Shown: positions 54,553-64,000 of the stretch, piece by piece
Layout of the letters: the number at the start of each line of letters is the position of its first letter
How positions within the stretch are numbered: position 1 is the first letter of the stretch
Origin: Prasinococcaceae sp. CCMP 1430
Taxonomy: Eukaryota; Plantae; Prasinodermophyta
NCBI GenBank assembly: GCA_013416795.1
Contig: RQSC01000806.1
Coordinates: forward strand, 78,512-142,511
DNA length: 64,000 bases
Direction of reading: 5' to 3'
The notes under the pieces: model-generated
Seen by the model: only the letters and a program-made list of their open reading frames with translations
The model's database searches: none
What the model was told of the DNA's origin: nothing
Program-made: the position numbers and the translations under genes

Positions 54553-55068
54553 GGCCGGCGCCGGCGAGGGGATGGGCTGACGCAGCAAGGGGAACGGGTT
54601 GGGGCTGCGAGCGCGAGGGGAGGGGTTGGGTGGGTTTGGTGGGTGGGTGGGTTGGTGGTGGGGCGCGCCCCGCGCGCCCTGTGCCCTCTGCGGGGAGCGC
54701 GCTGGCGCCCTTGCTTTGGCGCGCCGCGGAACCGCGCGCGCGCCGCGAAACGCTACGATGTGTTCTGAGCATCCAATAAAAACGCCGGGCATGCCCGAAA
54801 TGCGCGCGGCACCGTTGCACTCGCGGCCGCCGCGAAAAAAGGAATTTCGGCTGATTTCCCACGAAAATTCCACGAGAAAAGCGGAGGCGGAAAATTTTTT
54901 GAGGTTTATCAAGTGTAGGGTCTGATCACCCGCCCCCGGCCCGGCCCCGCCCCCCGCGAGCGTGTTTCGCCGCCCGCGGATTTTGAATTTTTCCGAGCGC
55001 GCGCGTGCACGCGGGGGGGAGGGGGGAGGGGGGAGGGGGGAGAAGGGGGGAAGGAGGGGGGGCAGCGC

Positions 55069-57213
55069 ATGCCGGCGCGGCGGCACTGCGCACCCTCGCG
55101 GCGCCCCCTTTTCAGCGGGGGCGAGGGTGCGCGGGAGCGAGGTCGCGAGGCCGTCGGGGCGCGGGAACGCGCGGAGGCGGCGCTCGCGCTCGCCTCCGGC
55201 GCGGTGGAGGTCCTGCCGCGGGCAAGCGCCGCGCGAGCGCGACGCGTGCGCCTGTACCACGACGGCGAGGCCGCCGCGCGGCCGTGGGGGGCGTGCGAAT
55301 TCCTGCCCGGAGCGGCCGCCGAGATCCTCTTCTTCCAGCGGGGCAGCTCCAAGCTGCTGTTCGCGCGCCTGCCCGCCGCCGCCGCCGCCGCCACAGATGC
55401 AGCGGGCGCCGACGAAGACGAAAGTGAGAGCTCGTCGGGGCCGACGCACGACGAGGAGGAGCTCGTGTACGAGCTCGGCCACCACCGCGCGCCGCTCACG
55501 GCCTTCTGCGTGCTGCCGGACGCCGGCGTCGTGGCGTCGTGCGCGGCGGACGGGTCGCTGCGCCTGTGGAGCCTCGAGAACGGCCGCCCGATGGCGGCCG
55601 TAGACGACGCACACGACGGAGCGGGTGGCGGTGTGACGGCCGTGGCCGCGCTCGGGGCGGGCGCCGTCGCCACGGGCGGTGCCGACGGCTCGGTGCGCGT
55701 ATGGAACACCTGGACCCGCGACGGGCCCCTGCTCGCGTTGCAGTTCGAGCTGCGCGCGGCGGGCGAGGGCGCCGCCGTGGCGTCGCTCGCGGCGCACGGC
55801 GATGGCATGCTCGCTGTCGGGTGCGCCGATGGCGAATTGCGCGCCTACGCGGCGGCCACGCGCGCGCATGTGCCCGGCAATGTCGACGCGCTGCATCGGC
55901 CGATCGCCGCGTGGCGCGTGGCCGCCGTCGACAGGCGCGCGGGCGGCGATGCGTCCATCGACGCGCTGAGCTACCGTGCCGACGGCGCGCTGCTCGCAGC
56001 GGCTGCGAATCCTGCGGGCGGCGCGGACGGAGCTGGGGCCGTGCGCGTGTACCACTGCACGGCAGGCGCGTGGACGGCGCTTTCAACGCACCTGTGCGAC
56101 ACCCGCGTGGTGCTCGCGCAGTTCCCACAGGTCGGATCGAAGCGCGCTCTGGAGTCGCTCAATGTTTGCGGGAAACACGGCCACCCCGTGGCGCTCTCTC
56201 GCGAGCAGCTGTGCGCGGACACCAACGACAGCATCGGCCGCACGCAGAGCGTTGGCGCGGACGAGGACGACGCGCTCGCCGAGGCGCAAGCGCGCGCGTA
56301 CGTGCAGCTTGACGACGAGCAGGAAGACGCGGCGCTCAACGTGCCGCAGCCGCAACAGCAGGACGCAGCGGACGCCGTCGAAGGGGCAGAAGTGGGCGGA
56401 AGTCACCTTGAGGTCGCAGATACTGACCCCGAGGCGGAGGCCGAGGACGTCCGCGCGCGCTCGCCGCCGCCGCTGCCAACCGAGCCACCGGCGCGGCTCG
56501 ACCTGACGTCATGTCTTGAGCGCGGGAATGACATAGACGTGCCGCCGGGCCCGGTTGTGCGCCAAAGCCGCGGGGTCGACCCACCCGAGCCGGGCCGTGC
56601 GTACGCCTCCGGCGGCAGCGACAGCGGGCAGGCTGCGGCTCTGCTCGCCCGCGCGCAGGCGGGGGCGCGCTCGCAGCGCGCCCAGGCGCTGCTTGCGAGG
56701 GCGCGCGACGCCAAGTACGACCACAAGGCGGGAAGGAAGCTCGTCGATGGGCTGCACGAAGGTGCTGTGGACGACGGCAAGGATGCCGACGGCACTGTCG
56801 GTGGGGGCGGGGCGAGCGGCGAGAGCCAAGCGCGGGCGCTCGCGCAGGAAGGCCGCGTGGCCGCGGCGACAGCAGCAGCAAAGGCACGGCGCGAAGTCGC
56901 CTACGAGGGACTTACCAAAATCGTAGACGAGGTGCCCCCCGTGGTGCCAAGGAGGGTCAAGAAGCAGGTGGCACCGGAGTACAAGCAGGTAATGGGCCTC
57001 CCGCCGCCGGACTTCGGGGCGCTGTGGGATGACCGCGCAATGGCGCCGGTCGCGGGCGCCGCGCCGGTGGTGCCGCCGCCCCCTGCTCTGTTGCTTCGAG
57101 CTGCGGGGGCGGCGCAGGGCGACGGCGGCGCGGCCGTCCGAAGCGCCGCGACAGCCGCACGGCTGTGCAGGCCGTACACTTCACCGGAGCTGTTCGCGCC
57201 CACTCTGCTGTAG
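55069..57213 (+). CDS. WD40-repeat protein of unknown function
   Basis: HRAPLT...VASCAADGSLRLWS, AHDG...VATGGADGSVRVWN, LAVGCADGELRAY. Confidence 0.75.
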   Translation: MPARRHCAPSRRPLFSGGEGARERGREAVGARERAEAALALASGAVEVLPRASAARARRVRLYHDGEAAARPWGACEFLPGAAAEILFFQRGSSKLLFARLPAAAAAATDAAGADEDESESSSGPTHDEEELVYELGHHRAPLTAFCVLPDAGVVASCAADGSLRLWSLENGRPMAAVDDAHDGAGGGVTAVAALGAGAVATGGADGSVRVWNTWTRDGPLLALQFELRAAGEGAAVASLAAHGDGMLAVGCADGELRAYAAATRAHVPGNVDALHRPIAAWRVAAVDRRAGGDASIDALSYRADGALLAAAANPAGGADGAGAVRVYHCTAGAWTALSTHLCDTRVVLAQFPQVGSKRALESLNVCGKHGHPVALSREQLCADTNDSIGRTQSVGADEDDALAEAQARAYVQLDDEQEDAALNVPQPQQQDAADAVEGAEVGGSHLEVADTDPEAEAEDVRARSPPPLPTEPPARLDLTSCLERGNDIDVPPGPVVRQSRGVDPPEPGRAYASGGSDSGQAAALLARAQAGARSQRAQALLARARDAKYDHKAGRKLVDGLHEGAVDDGKDADGTVGGGGASGESQARALAQEGRVAAATAAAKARREVAYEGLTKIVDEVPPVVPRRVKKQVAPEYKQVMGLPPPDFGALWDDRAMAPVAGAAPVVPPPPALLLRAAGAAQGDGGAAVRSAATAARLCRPYTSPELFAPTLL

Positions 57214-57402
57214 GCGCGCGCTCGCTCGTGCTGTGAGCGGCGCGGCGCGTTCGATCGGTCGAGCGCGCGTAAGACTCAGCACAAAATCGCACTCGCTACG
57301 CTGCACCAAGTGCGCGCCCATGCAAGCGCACACGACTCGGCAGGTAGGTCAAGTATGCGGAGTCGCACGTGCAAAGTACACAGTCTCACGGACACGATGG
57401 CG

Positions 57403-58643
57403 CTACCTGTAGCTAGTGATTTCTTCGCCCTCGCGTGCGAGGCGCATTTCCAGCACTGCGATTCTCTGCGCGCGCGCGTGTGTGCACGCGGGTTGGATCG
57501 TGCGCAGAGTAAGTGAGTCGAGATCATGCATGCATACGCGCGAGCGCCTTTGCCGATATCGCGCGCTCTCACCTGCTCTGGGAAGAGTGCGTCGACGTCC
57601 GATGATTCTAGGCGCTCCATGAGCGGCGGGGGGGACTCCGGTCGCGGGCCGTCGGCCACGCAGCGCACCTCGCTCACGACAAGCCCCTCTGCTGCAAGGG
57701 CGTCATAGAACTCATGGTCATAGGTCTCGTAGCGGCGCTTGGTGTGGCCATACAGGACAACGCATCCGTCTCCGTCGACGCCCTTCCCTTGCGCTGCCTG
57801 CGAGCGCGCCGCGCGGCATATGCCTCCGAGCAGGCGCGGCAGGGCCTCAGTCCCTGCAGAGTCGTAGACCAGATCGGAGCCCAAAACGAGGTCCCAGCTT
57901 CCGGCTTGGATGGTCTCACCCGTCGCTTCGAACGCCTCGTGTGCTGCTGTCGACTTGCCGACATCATCGCTCTCGGCTTCGACCGCCCCTGCAGCTGCTG
58001 GCGTGCAAGCACGCAGCGCGAGCGTGGGCGCGCCTCCGCACGTCGTCCAGTCGCACTCCGCTGCGTGAACTGCGCCCAGCGTGAGGGGCGCTCGCCCGTC
58101 GGTGCGCTTAGCGGATGTGTTTGCTGCGATGTTACGCTCGAGATGAGCGAGGCCACCGCCACTGGCGCGCTCGGTCGCGACGACGCGCGAGGCTTCGCAG
58201 TTGTGCGCGACGGTCACTGCGAGCCATCCGCACCCGGCGCCCAGCTCAACGACGCGTGCGCCCTCCCCAAGCTTGCGCGCATATCGCCACTCCTCGCCTC
58301 GCGCGGCCGCATCGGCGGCGTCGAGGGCCAGGAAACGCGCGACAGTGCGCGCGGCTCCCCACACGTGGCCGCCAGTAGTAGACAGCGGCGCGTTCTCCTC
58401 GACGGCACACTCGAGGTCCCACGCGGCAAATGCATCAGCCGCCGGCATTGAGACGCCCTCTCCCCACCCCCTTGCGCCCCCCTCAACCACCGCTACCTAT
58501 CAATGCTGCATTCACTTTGTGTGCGCTCGCTGCTCGCCGCCGCCTCTCGCACACCTCGCAGCCGCGCTCACCAGCGCGGCCGCCTGTGCAAGCGTGCCTG
58601 CGAGCAGCGCCTCACCGAGCGCCGCGTTGGCCGCGGCCTCCGC
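57403..58643 (-). CDS. METTL21/Methyltransf_16-like protein-lysine methyltransferase with probable introns at both ends; 5' end unresolved
   Basis: TGGHVWGAA, VVELGAGCG, ECDW, WDLVLGSDLVYD; last exon RIAVLEMRL...SYR*. Confidence 0.82.
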
Positions 58644-58685
58644 CTAGCCCCCGCCTGCGGCGGCAGTAGTCGCCGCCGCCGCCGN

Positions 58686-59878
58686 ACATCTTACGGTGAA
58701 GGGGTTGAAACCCTTTAAAACCTGAAAACTAAGCTTTGACCCAGGCCTACGCAAAATAGACCGGGTTGGGTGGGTGGGTGCGCGCGACAGCGCGCAAAGC
58801 AACAAGAGTGGCACACGCCGCGCGCGCGCCTCCTGCGCCAGATATTTTGATTTTTGGCCGCCCAGGTGCGTTCAGGGAACGCGCTCGGGGAACGACCGGC
58901 CAACACTGCAATTCCACACGCGCTCGTGTGCAGACCCTCCTCTGTCCCGATAACCCATATTAACCGAGGCTGAATATGCCATTATCTTGAGGGGGTCTCG
59001 TGTTGCCCAATTTAGACTGACGGGGACGCCGCGCCCGGCGTCGCCAGTCCTTGCTTCATCCATCCGTACCCTCGCGCGCTCCGCCTCCTCTGCCGCGGTG
59101 ACCTCCTCGACGACACCGGAGTCCAGGAGCCTGGACAACTCCGCCTGGACGAAGGCCGCCTCCTCCGCGGGGAGCCCCACCAGCGACTCTCCCCGATCGA
59201 ACGCGGCCATCGGCCGGACCAGTTCCAGCGGCACGCCCCGCTGAATCCAGTCCAACACACGCGACGACGCTCCCAGGCGTCGCCATGCCGCCACCCGCTC
59301 GGTCACCCTATCAGAGTAGACCGAGCCGTGCACAGGTGGCGCGCGGGCGGGCTCTCCTAGCCCCGCCGTGCCGGCTACTTGGACGGCCTGGCGGCGACCT
59401 TAGCCGCCGCGCCGTCACCGAACTTCGTGCCAACGCGCTTCTCGAAGCGCGCGTACAGCGACTTGAGCTTCCGGCTGCGCGGTACGTAACCGTCGAACGT
59501 AACCGCCTGATCCACCAAGCCTTTGCTGACCTCCGGGTGCACCTCGTATCCTGGCGCCTTGGCGACGTACTCAACTTCGTTCGCCTCCTCCAACAGCTCC
59601 AGCGCTCCAGCCAGCGTGCCAGCTACGCGCCCCAGGGCGAGGCTCGTGTCCTCGGTGTCAGGGTCTTTCCTCTCGATGGTATCTGCCGCCTGGACCAGGA
59701 CAGCCTTGGCGGCCTCCCTCTTCTCCGGGGGGGAACGACCGGCCAACACTGCAATTCCACACGCGCTCGTGTGCAGACCCTCCTCTGTCCCGATAACCCA
59801 TATTAACCGAGGCTGAATATATGTGCAGACCCTCCTCTGACCCGATAACCCATATTAACCGAGGCTGAATATGCCATT
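58686..59878 (-). mobile_element. Internally deleted tyrosine-recombinase (DIRS-order, split-direct-repeat PAT/TOC/Ngaro-like) retroelement
   Basis: A 91-bp exact repeat at 58887-58977 and 59730-59820, a partial copy at 59822-59878, and a DIRS-like pre-RT peptide AWRRLGASSRVLDWIQRGVPL...FVQAELSRLLDSGVVEEV. Confidence 0.72.
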
Positions 59879-60762
59879 TATTCTGGTAGACCGGATGAAC
59901 ATTTGCAAACGGGCGGGCCGTGCGCCGGTCAAGCGCGCAGCGGTCGCGCGCGCGCGTCAGTCCGCGCGCGGCGCGCAGCCGCACGGAGGTGCGTGCGTTG
60001 GGGGGTGGGGCGGGGGGCGGGGGTGGAAGCGGGAGGCGGAGCGGGTAGGCGGGGCGGGTGAGGAAGGACTGAGTGCGGCTGGAGTGTGTGTGTGTGTGTG
60101 TGGGGGGGGGTGATGGGTGCGCGCGCACGCTCGCGCGCCGCGCGCGCCGAGCGTGCTGGCGATGCTGGGCGCGGTCTGCGCGCGCCCGAAAAATGCAAAG
60201 CGGGGGGAAGGACGGTGCTCCGCACGCGCGCGCGCGGTGTTGGGCGGGGCGCTCGGGGGCGCGCGCGACTGCGAGGCGCGCCGAGCGGCGCCGGCGCGGG
60301 GGGGTGATGCGCGCGACGAAAGCATCCCAGGCGGTCTGCGGGGGGGGGCGTTCCCCCTTCGCCTCGTCGGTCCCTGCCCGCGCCCGCGCGCGCCCCTCGC
60401 CAAGAGCGCACGCGCGCGCCAACGGGCAAGACAAATTGGGACAAGCAAAAGTTTGCGTGGGCGAGCGAGCGCTGCCGCGCTCTCGCCCGCGCTTGCCTGC
60501 CCCGTGCGCGGCGTGGGGGAGGGCGCGCGCGCGCGCTTGGCGGTCCGCCGCTGTCGTGCGCGTGCTGGCCTCGCGCTGACGAACCCCCGCTCCCTCGCCG
60601 CTGCCCTTACCCCCACCCCCACCCCTGCCCCCGCGCTCGTTGCCGCCGTCGGCCCGTGTGACGCCGCGATGACCACTCTGCCCGTTTCTTGAACTCTGCG
60701 GGCATCGGGGCGTGCTGTAGGCGCGGCCTTCGCCCCCCCCCCCCCTCCCCCCCCCGGCAGCT

Positions 60763-62202
60763 ATGTCGGGTCTCCTGGCACGCCAGGACAAGATCGAGCA
60801 GCAGCGGCGCCTGCAGGAGGACCGCACAAAGGAGCTGCAGGACTTCATCTCGCGCGACACGCAGCTCCATGCCAACCACCAGTTCATCAAGCGGTCTGAC
60901 TTCCTACGCCGCGAGCGCGAGACGCGCGAGCGCAATGCAGAGCGCCACTTCCAGGAGCGCCTCGAGACGGAGCTTGCGGCGCGCGAGAACGCCGCTCGCG
61001 CTGCAGAGGTCGACTCGCGCCTTGCAGCCGGCCTTGAGGCCAAGCGCAAGGCGCGCGAGCGGCAGGAGCGCGAGGTGCGCATGATCGCCAAGAGCTCTGA
61101 GGAGCTGCGCTGGCTCGAGGAAGCGCTCCGCGCCGCCGAGATGAACAAGGAGCGCAAGCTACAGATTGAGGAGAAGCACATGCTCGCCGAGCGCGAGAAG
61201 ACGTATAACGAGTCGCGCGAGAAGCTCATGGAGCTTGAGCGCCGCGAGGCGCTCGAGATGCAGGCGCTCAAGGAGCAAGAGCGCCGGCAGCGCCAGCACG
61301 ATGCGCGGAGCATGCTCGAGAGCCAGATCAAGGCAAAGGAGGCTATGCAAGAGCAAGCGAAAGTGGAGTATGGGCGCGAGCGTGCCGCCGTCGATGCGGT
61401 CGTGCGCCGCATCCAGGCCGAGGACGACGCCGAGAAGCAGCGCAAGACCGACAAGCAGAACGAGACGAAGGCGTACATCGCCAGCTTCTTGGAGGAGCAG
61501 AAGCACTTCAAGGCGTTGGAGCAGGCGCGGGTGGATGAGGAGAACAGGCGCATCAAGGCGCACGCCGACGAAATGGAGCGTCGCGCGCGTGAGGCCGATG
61601 AGCGCCGCGCGCAGGCCGAGGCCAAAAATGAGAAAATCCAGAGCGTGCTCGGTCGCCAGGCCGAGGAGGAGCGCATGCGGCGCGAAGAGATGGAGAATCT
61701 GCTCAACATGCTGCACTTCGAGGAGGAGGAGAATAGGCTGCGCGAGCGCGAGGAGGCGAAGCTGGCCAAGAAGCAGCGCATGATTGAGGAGATGCAGCAG
61801 GCCAACGCCAACCAGAAGGAGTTCAAGGCGAAGCGTGCGGAGCTCGAGCGCGCCGAGGAGGAGAAATACCGCCTGCGCATGCTGGAGAAGTTCGCCCATG
61901 ACGACCGCATCGAGGCCGAGAACGCCGAGCGCCGCCGCCAGAAGATGGACGAGCACAAGGCCGAGGTCGAGAGGCTCAAGCAAATCAAGGAGGAGATGTA
62001 CCTCGCGCAGCGCGAGCACGAGGCCCAGCAGCAGCGCATGGCCAGCGACAGGCAGCAGTACGTCGACGCTATCGTCGAGGAGGAGCGCAAGCGGCTGCTT
62101 CGCGAGAAGGCGGCCGCGCTCAAGGATTTCCTGCCCAAGGGTGTCCTCAAGCGCTTGGAGGACTTGGAGCTACTGCAGGGCGGCGGGGGGGGTGGAAACT
62201 AA
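60763..62202 (+). CDS. MNS1: MNS1/FAP127 ciliary microtubule inner protein (TPH domain)
   Basis: SEELRWLEEALRAAEMNKER, MLEKFAHDDRIE, C-terminal IVEEERKRLLRE...FLPKGV. Confidence 0.85.
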   Translation: MSGLLARQDKIEQQRRLQEDRTKELQDFISRDTQLHANHQFIKRSDFLRRERETRERNAERHFQERLETELAARENAARAAEVDSRLAAGLEAKRKARERQEREVRMIAKSSEELRWLEEALRAAEMNKERKLQIEEKHMLAEREKTYNESREKLMELERREALEMQALKEQERRQRQHDARSMLESQIKAKEAMQEQAKVEYGRERAAVDAVVRRIQAEDDAEKQRKTDKQNETKAYIASFLEEQKHFKALEQARVDEENRRIKAHADEMERRAREADERRAQAEAKNEKIQSVLGRQAEEERMRREEMENLLNMLHFEEEENRLREREEAKLAKKQRMIEEMQQANANQKEFKAKRAELERAEEEKYRLRMLEKFAHDDRIEAENAERRRQKMDEHKAEVERLKQIKEEMYLAQREHEAQQQRMASDRQQYVDAIVEEERKRLLREKAAALKDFLPKGVLKRLEDLELLQGGGGGGN

Positions 62203-62530
62203 GTTCTCGAGCACGCGCAAACCACACTTGTCACAATAACTAACATCACAGACTCTTACAACCGCCGAGAGGCCTGTGCGCGCGCGATGCCGCAGCCGCG
62301 CAAAGACGAGCACGGGGCAGGGTATGAACCCTGCCACCTTGCTAGCCGCGCGCTGTTCAGACGGCCATACGACACTCGGGCGTGGGCGAGGCGCCCGCCC
62401 TCGTACACTAGTCTAGTACCATCTGATGGTACTACTTGATGCTAACACCGTCGTCGCTGTGGGTCGGGGTCGACGAGTGCCTCGCCTGTCGGTCGCACAC
62501 GTCTACATCCTTTCATAGCCAGCGTCATGT

Positions 62531-63121
62531 TTATGCAGCACGCGTGCACGTACGCGCGCCCACGGAATTGTCTTGACCGAGCCCGGGCGCCAAGGCCTGG
62601 TACTGGAGGTTATTCTCGTCAATGAGGTAAAATTCATCGATGCGCTGAGCGACGTCGCGTACCGCGTCCTCATCGAACGTGCCAACGGAGGTGACCTTCC
62701 ATTCGTCCGGGCCGAGAAGCTTCCTCACGATGCCAGGAATGACGCCCGAGGTCGTATTTGCTTCGTCGAACTGGTCCGGGGGTAGCCACGTTACTCCGAA
62801 GTAATACGAGTAGTTGTCAATTTGGTAGATGAACGGAACTGTCATGATCACCGGGCCGTCGGGGGAGAGGGCGGCCTCGAGCGCGGAGGTCCATGCCTCG
62901 CTCCCAGGCGGGCCGAGCGACGCGAGGGACCCATTCCCAGCAGCGCTAAGGGCCGCGTCCAGGTCCGGGCGGACAACGTTCGTGCCGCTGCAATTCCACT
63001 GCCCGACGAGGGCGCTGATGTCCGCCGCGGCACCGCCGACTATCGAGCCTGCGCACAGCGCGGCCGAGGCTACAGCCACGGCCGTGGCCGCCCACCCCGC
63101 GCGCGCGCGCCACGCCCCCAT
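62531..63121 (-). CDS. Putative secreted protein of unknown function; probable intron after 62564
   Basis: Signal-peptide-like AATAVAVASAALCAG, then LVGQWNCSG; coding-like codon usage. Confidence 0.55.
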   Translation of the reverse strand: MGAWRARAGWAATAVAVASAALCAGSIVGGAAADISALVGQWNCSGTNVVRPDLDAALSAAGNGSLASLGPPGSEAWTSALEAALSPDGPVIMTVPFIYQIDNYSYYFGVTWLPPDQFDEANTTSGVIPGIVRKLLGPDEWKVTSVGTFDEDAVRDVAQRIDEFYLIDENNLQYQALAPGLGQDNSVGARTCTRAA

Positions 63122-63945
63122 CGACTCGACGCCTGCCCGCACCTTCTGCGGGGGCAGCGCACTCGCAGGTGGCGGTATTAGCTGGCAAGACGGCCGTACC
63201 CGATTTTATGCGACGGTGCCCGCACTTGCGACGCGCGCGCGGTGTACCGTACTGCCACATCGCCCGCACACAAAAAACGGATGCAAGGACGCGACTGTCG
63301 TATGCGAGTATGTGTCACAGCGTCTCTGCGCCGCGCCTCTGGACGCCGCCCCCCTCTGCCCCTCCGGCCCCGGCGCACGCCGCACGCATTGCCGCCTCCT
63401 TCGCCCGCGTGTGCGTTCCCGTGTTCTAGTCCTATGGGCCGCCGCTTGGGCCTGGGAGCAGACCAGGATGATCTACCAGCGGCCCGTGACTCCCAGCCAG
63501 GGTACCTGACGCGAGCAGTCGAAATATGCTTTGATACTTGGGAGATCACAGCTGTCTGTTGCTGCACTACGAAGAGCGAGGGCACCGTTTTTTTGCGACC
63601 CAAGTGCTCTCTTTCATATTTCTTGGAAGGTCGGCGGGCACTTCCTTGACTGCTGAATTCCCGATGGACAATCAACATGATGCCGGAGGTCGCCGTGCTG
63701 TACATGTACCATCATGATGATGCACTGTACATGTAGATGTCGTGCCAAGGTTCTCGTGGGAGTATCTGCTGTTTGNCGCGCCGCCCTCTCGGCTTCCCCG
63801 CACCAGACCCGCCGCCGGTGCGCGGCGTGCACGCACGCGCGCGCCGGGCACCCACGCGCAGCGCGCGGCAATCCCAATCCGAACCGGGGAAAGAGCCGGT
63901 ATGGTCCCGAATAAACCGGGGATGGAAGATGTGCATACCGCGTAT

Positions 63946-64000
63946 TTATCTTGAGGGGGTCTCGTGTTGCCTTTAAAGTCACATCTTACGGTGAAGGGGT
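63946..64000 (-). mobile_element. Terminus of a second copy of the same retroelement family, cut by the window end
   Basis: 63946-63971 is identical to 58982-59007, and 63981-64000 is identical to 58686-58705. Confidence 0.7.

Noticed and set aside
1-64000. Hundreds of long overlapping Arg/Ala/Pro-rich ORFs in the six-frame track
   Set aside because: Expected shadow ORFs in GC-rich DNA, antisense to real genes or read through N gaps; no family motifs.
1-64000. tRNA, rRNA or snRNA genes
   Set aside because: None recognised by eye; tRNAscan-SE or Infernal would be needed to exclude them.

Overview
Gene-dense, very GC-rich eukaryotic nuclear DNA, most consistent with a prasinophyte-grade green alga. 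The evidence is short GT-AG introns with CTGAC/CTAAC branch sites, TGTAA poly(A)-signal-like motifs, CCCTAAA telomere-type repeats, plastid-type genes, a TOC1/PRR clock gene and a ciliary MNS1. The species cannot be fixed from sequence alone. About 33 protein-coding loci are supported, mostly housekeeping (NDC80, CDKC, RecQ, OEP61, elongase, HisRS, SAMHD1-like, 2-Cys Prx, uricase, syntaxin, TrpD, RsmI, RTF1, MNS1 and others). The assembly is a draft: many N gaps sit next to (CG)n runs and some gap-adjacent sequence looks foreign. Most notable: (1) a four-exon gene invisible in the ORF track that encodes two tandem CP12 N-terminal (xWDxVEELSAA) modules with CxxxC pairs and no GAPDH-binding tail; (2) a GT47 exostosin-sulfotransferase fusion; (3) a ~1.2 kb non-autonomous split-direct-repeat tyrosine-recombinase retroelement, with a second copy at the window end; (4) a bacterial Lon protease fragment fused in frame to phosphoserine phosphatase, either HGT or more likely an assembly chimaera; (5) a candidate bicistronic pair; (6) a triple-repeat SPIRAL1-like protein. 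Family assignments come from recalled motifs; no database searches were run.
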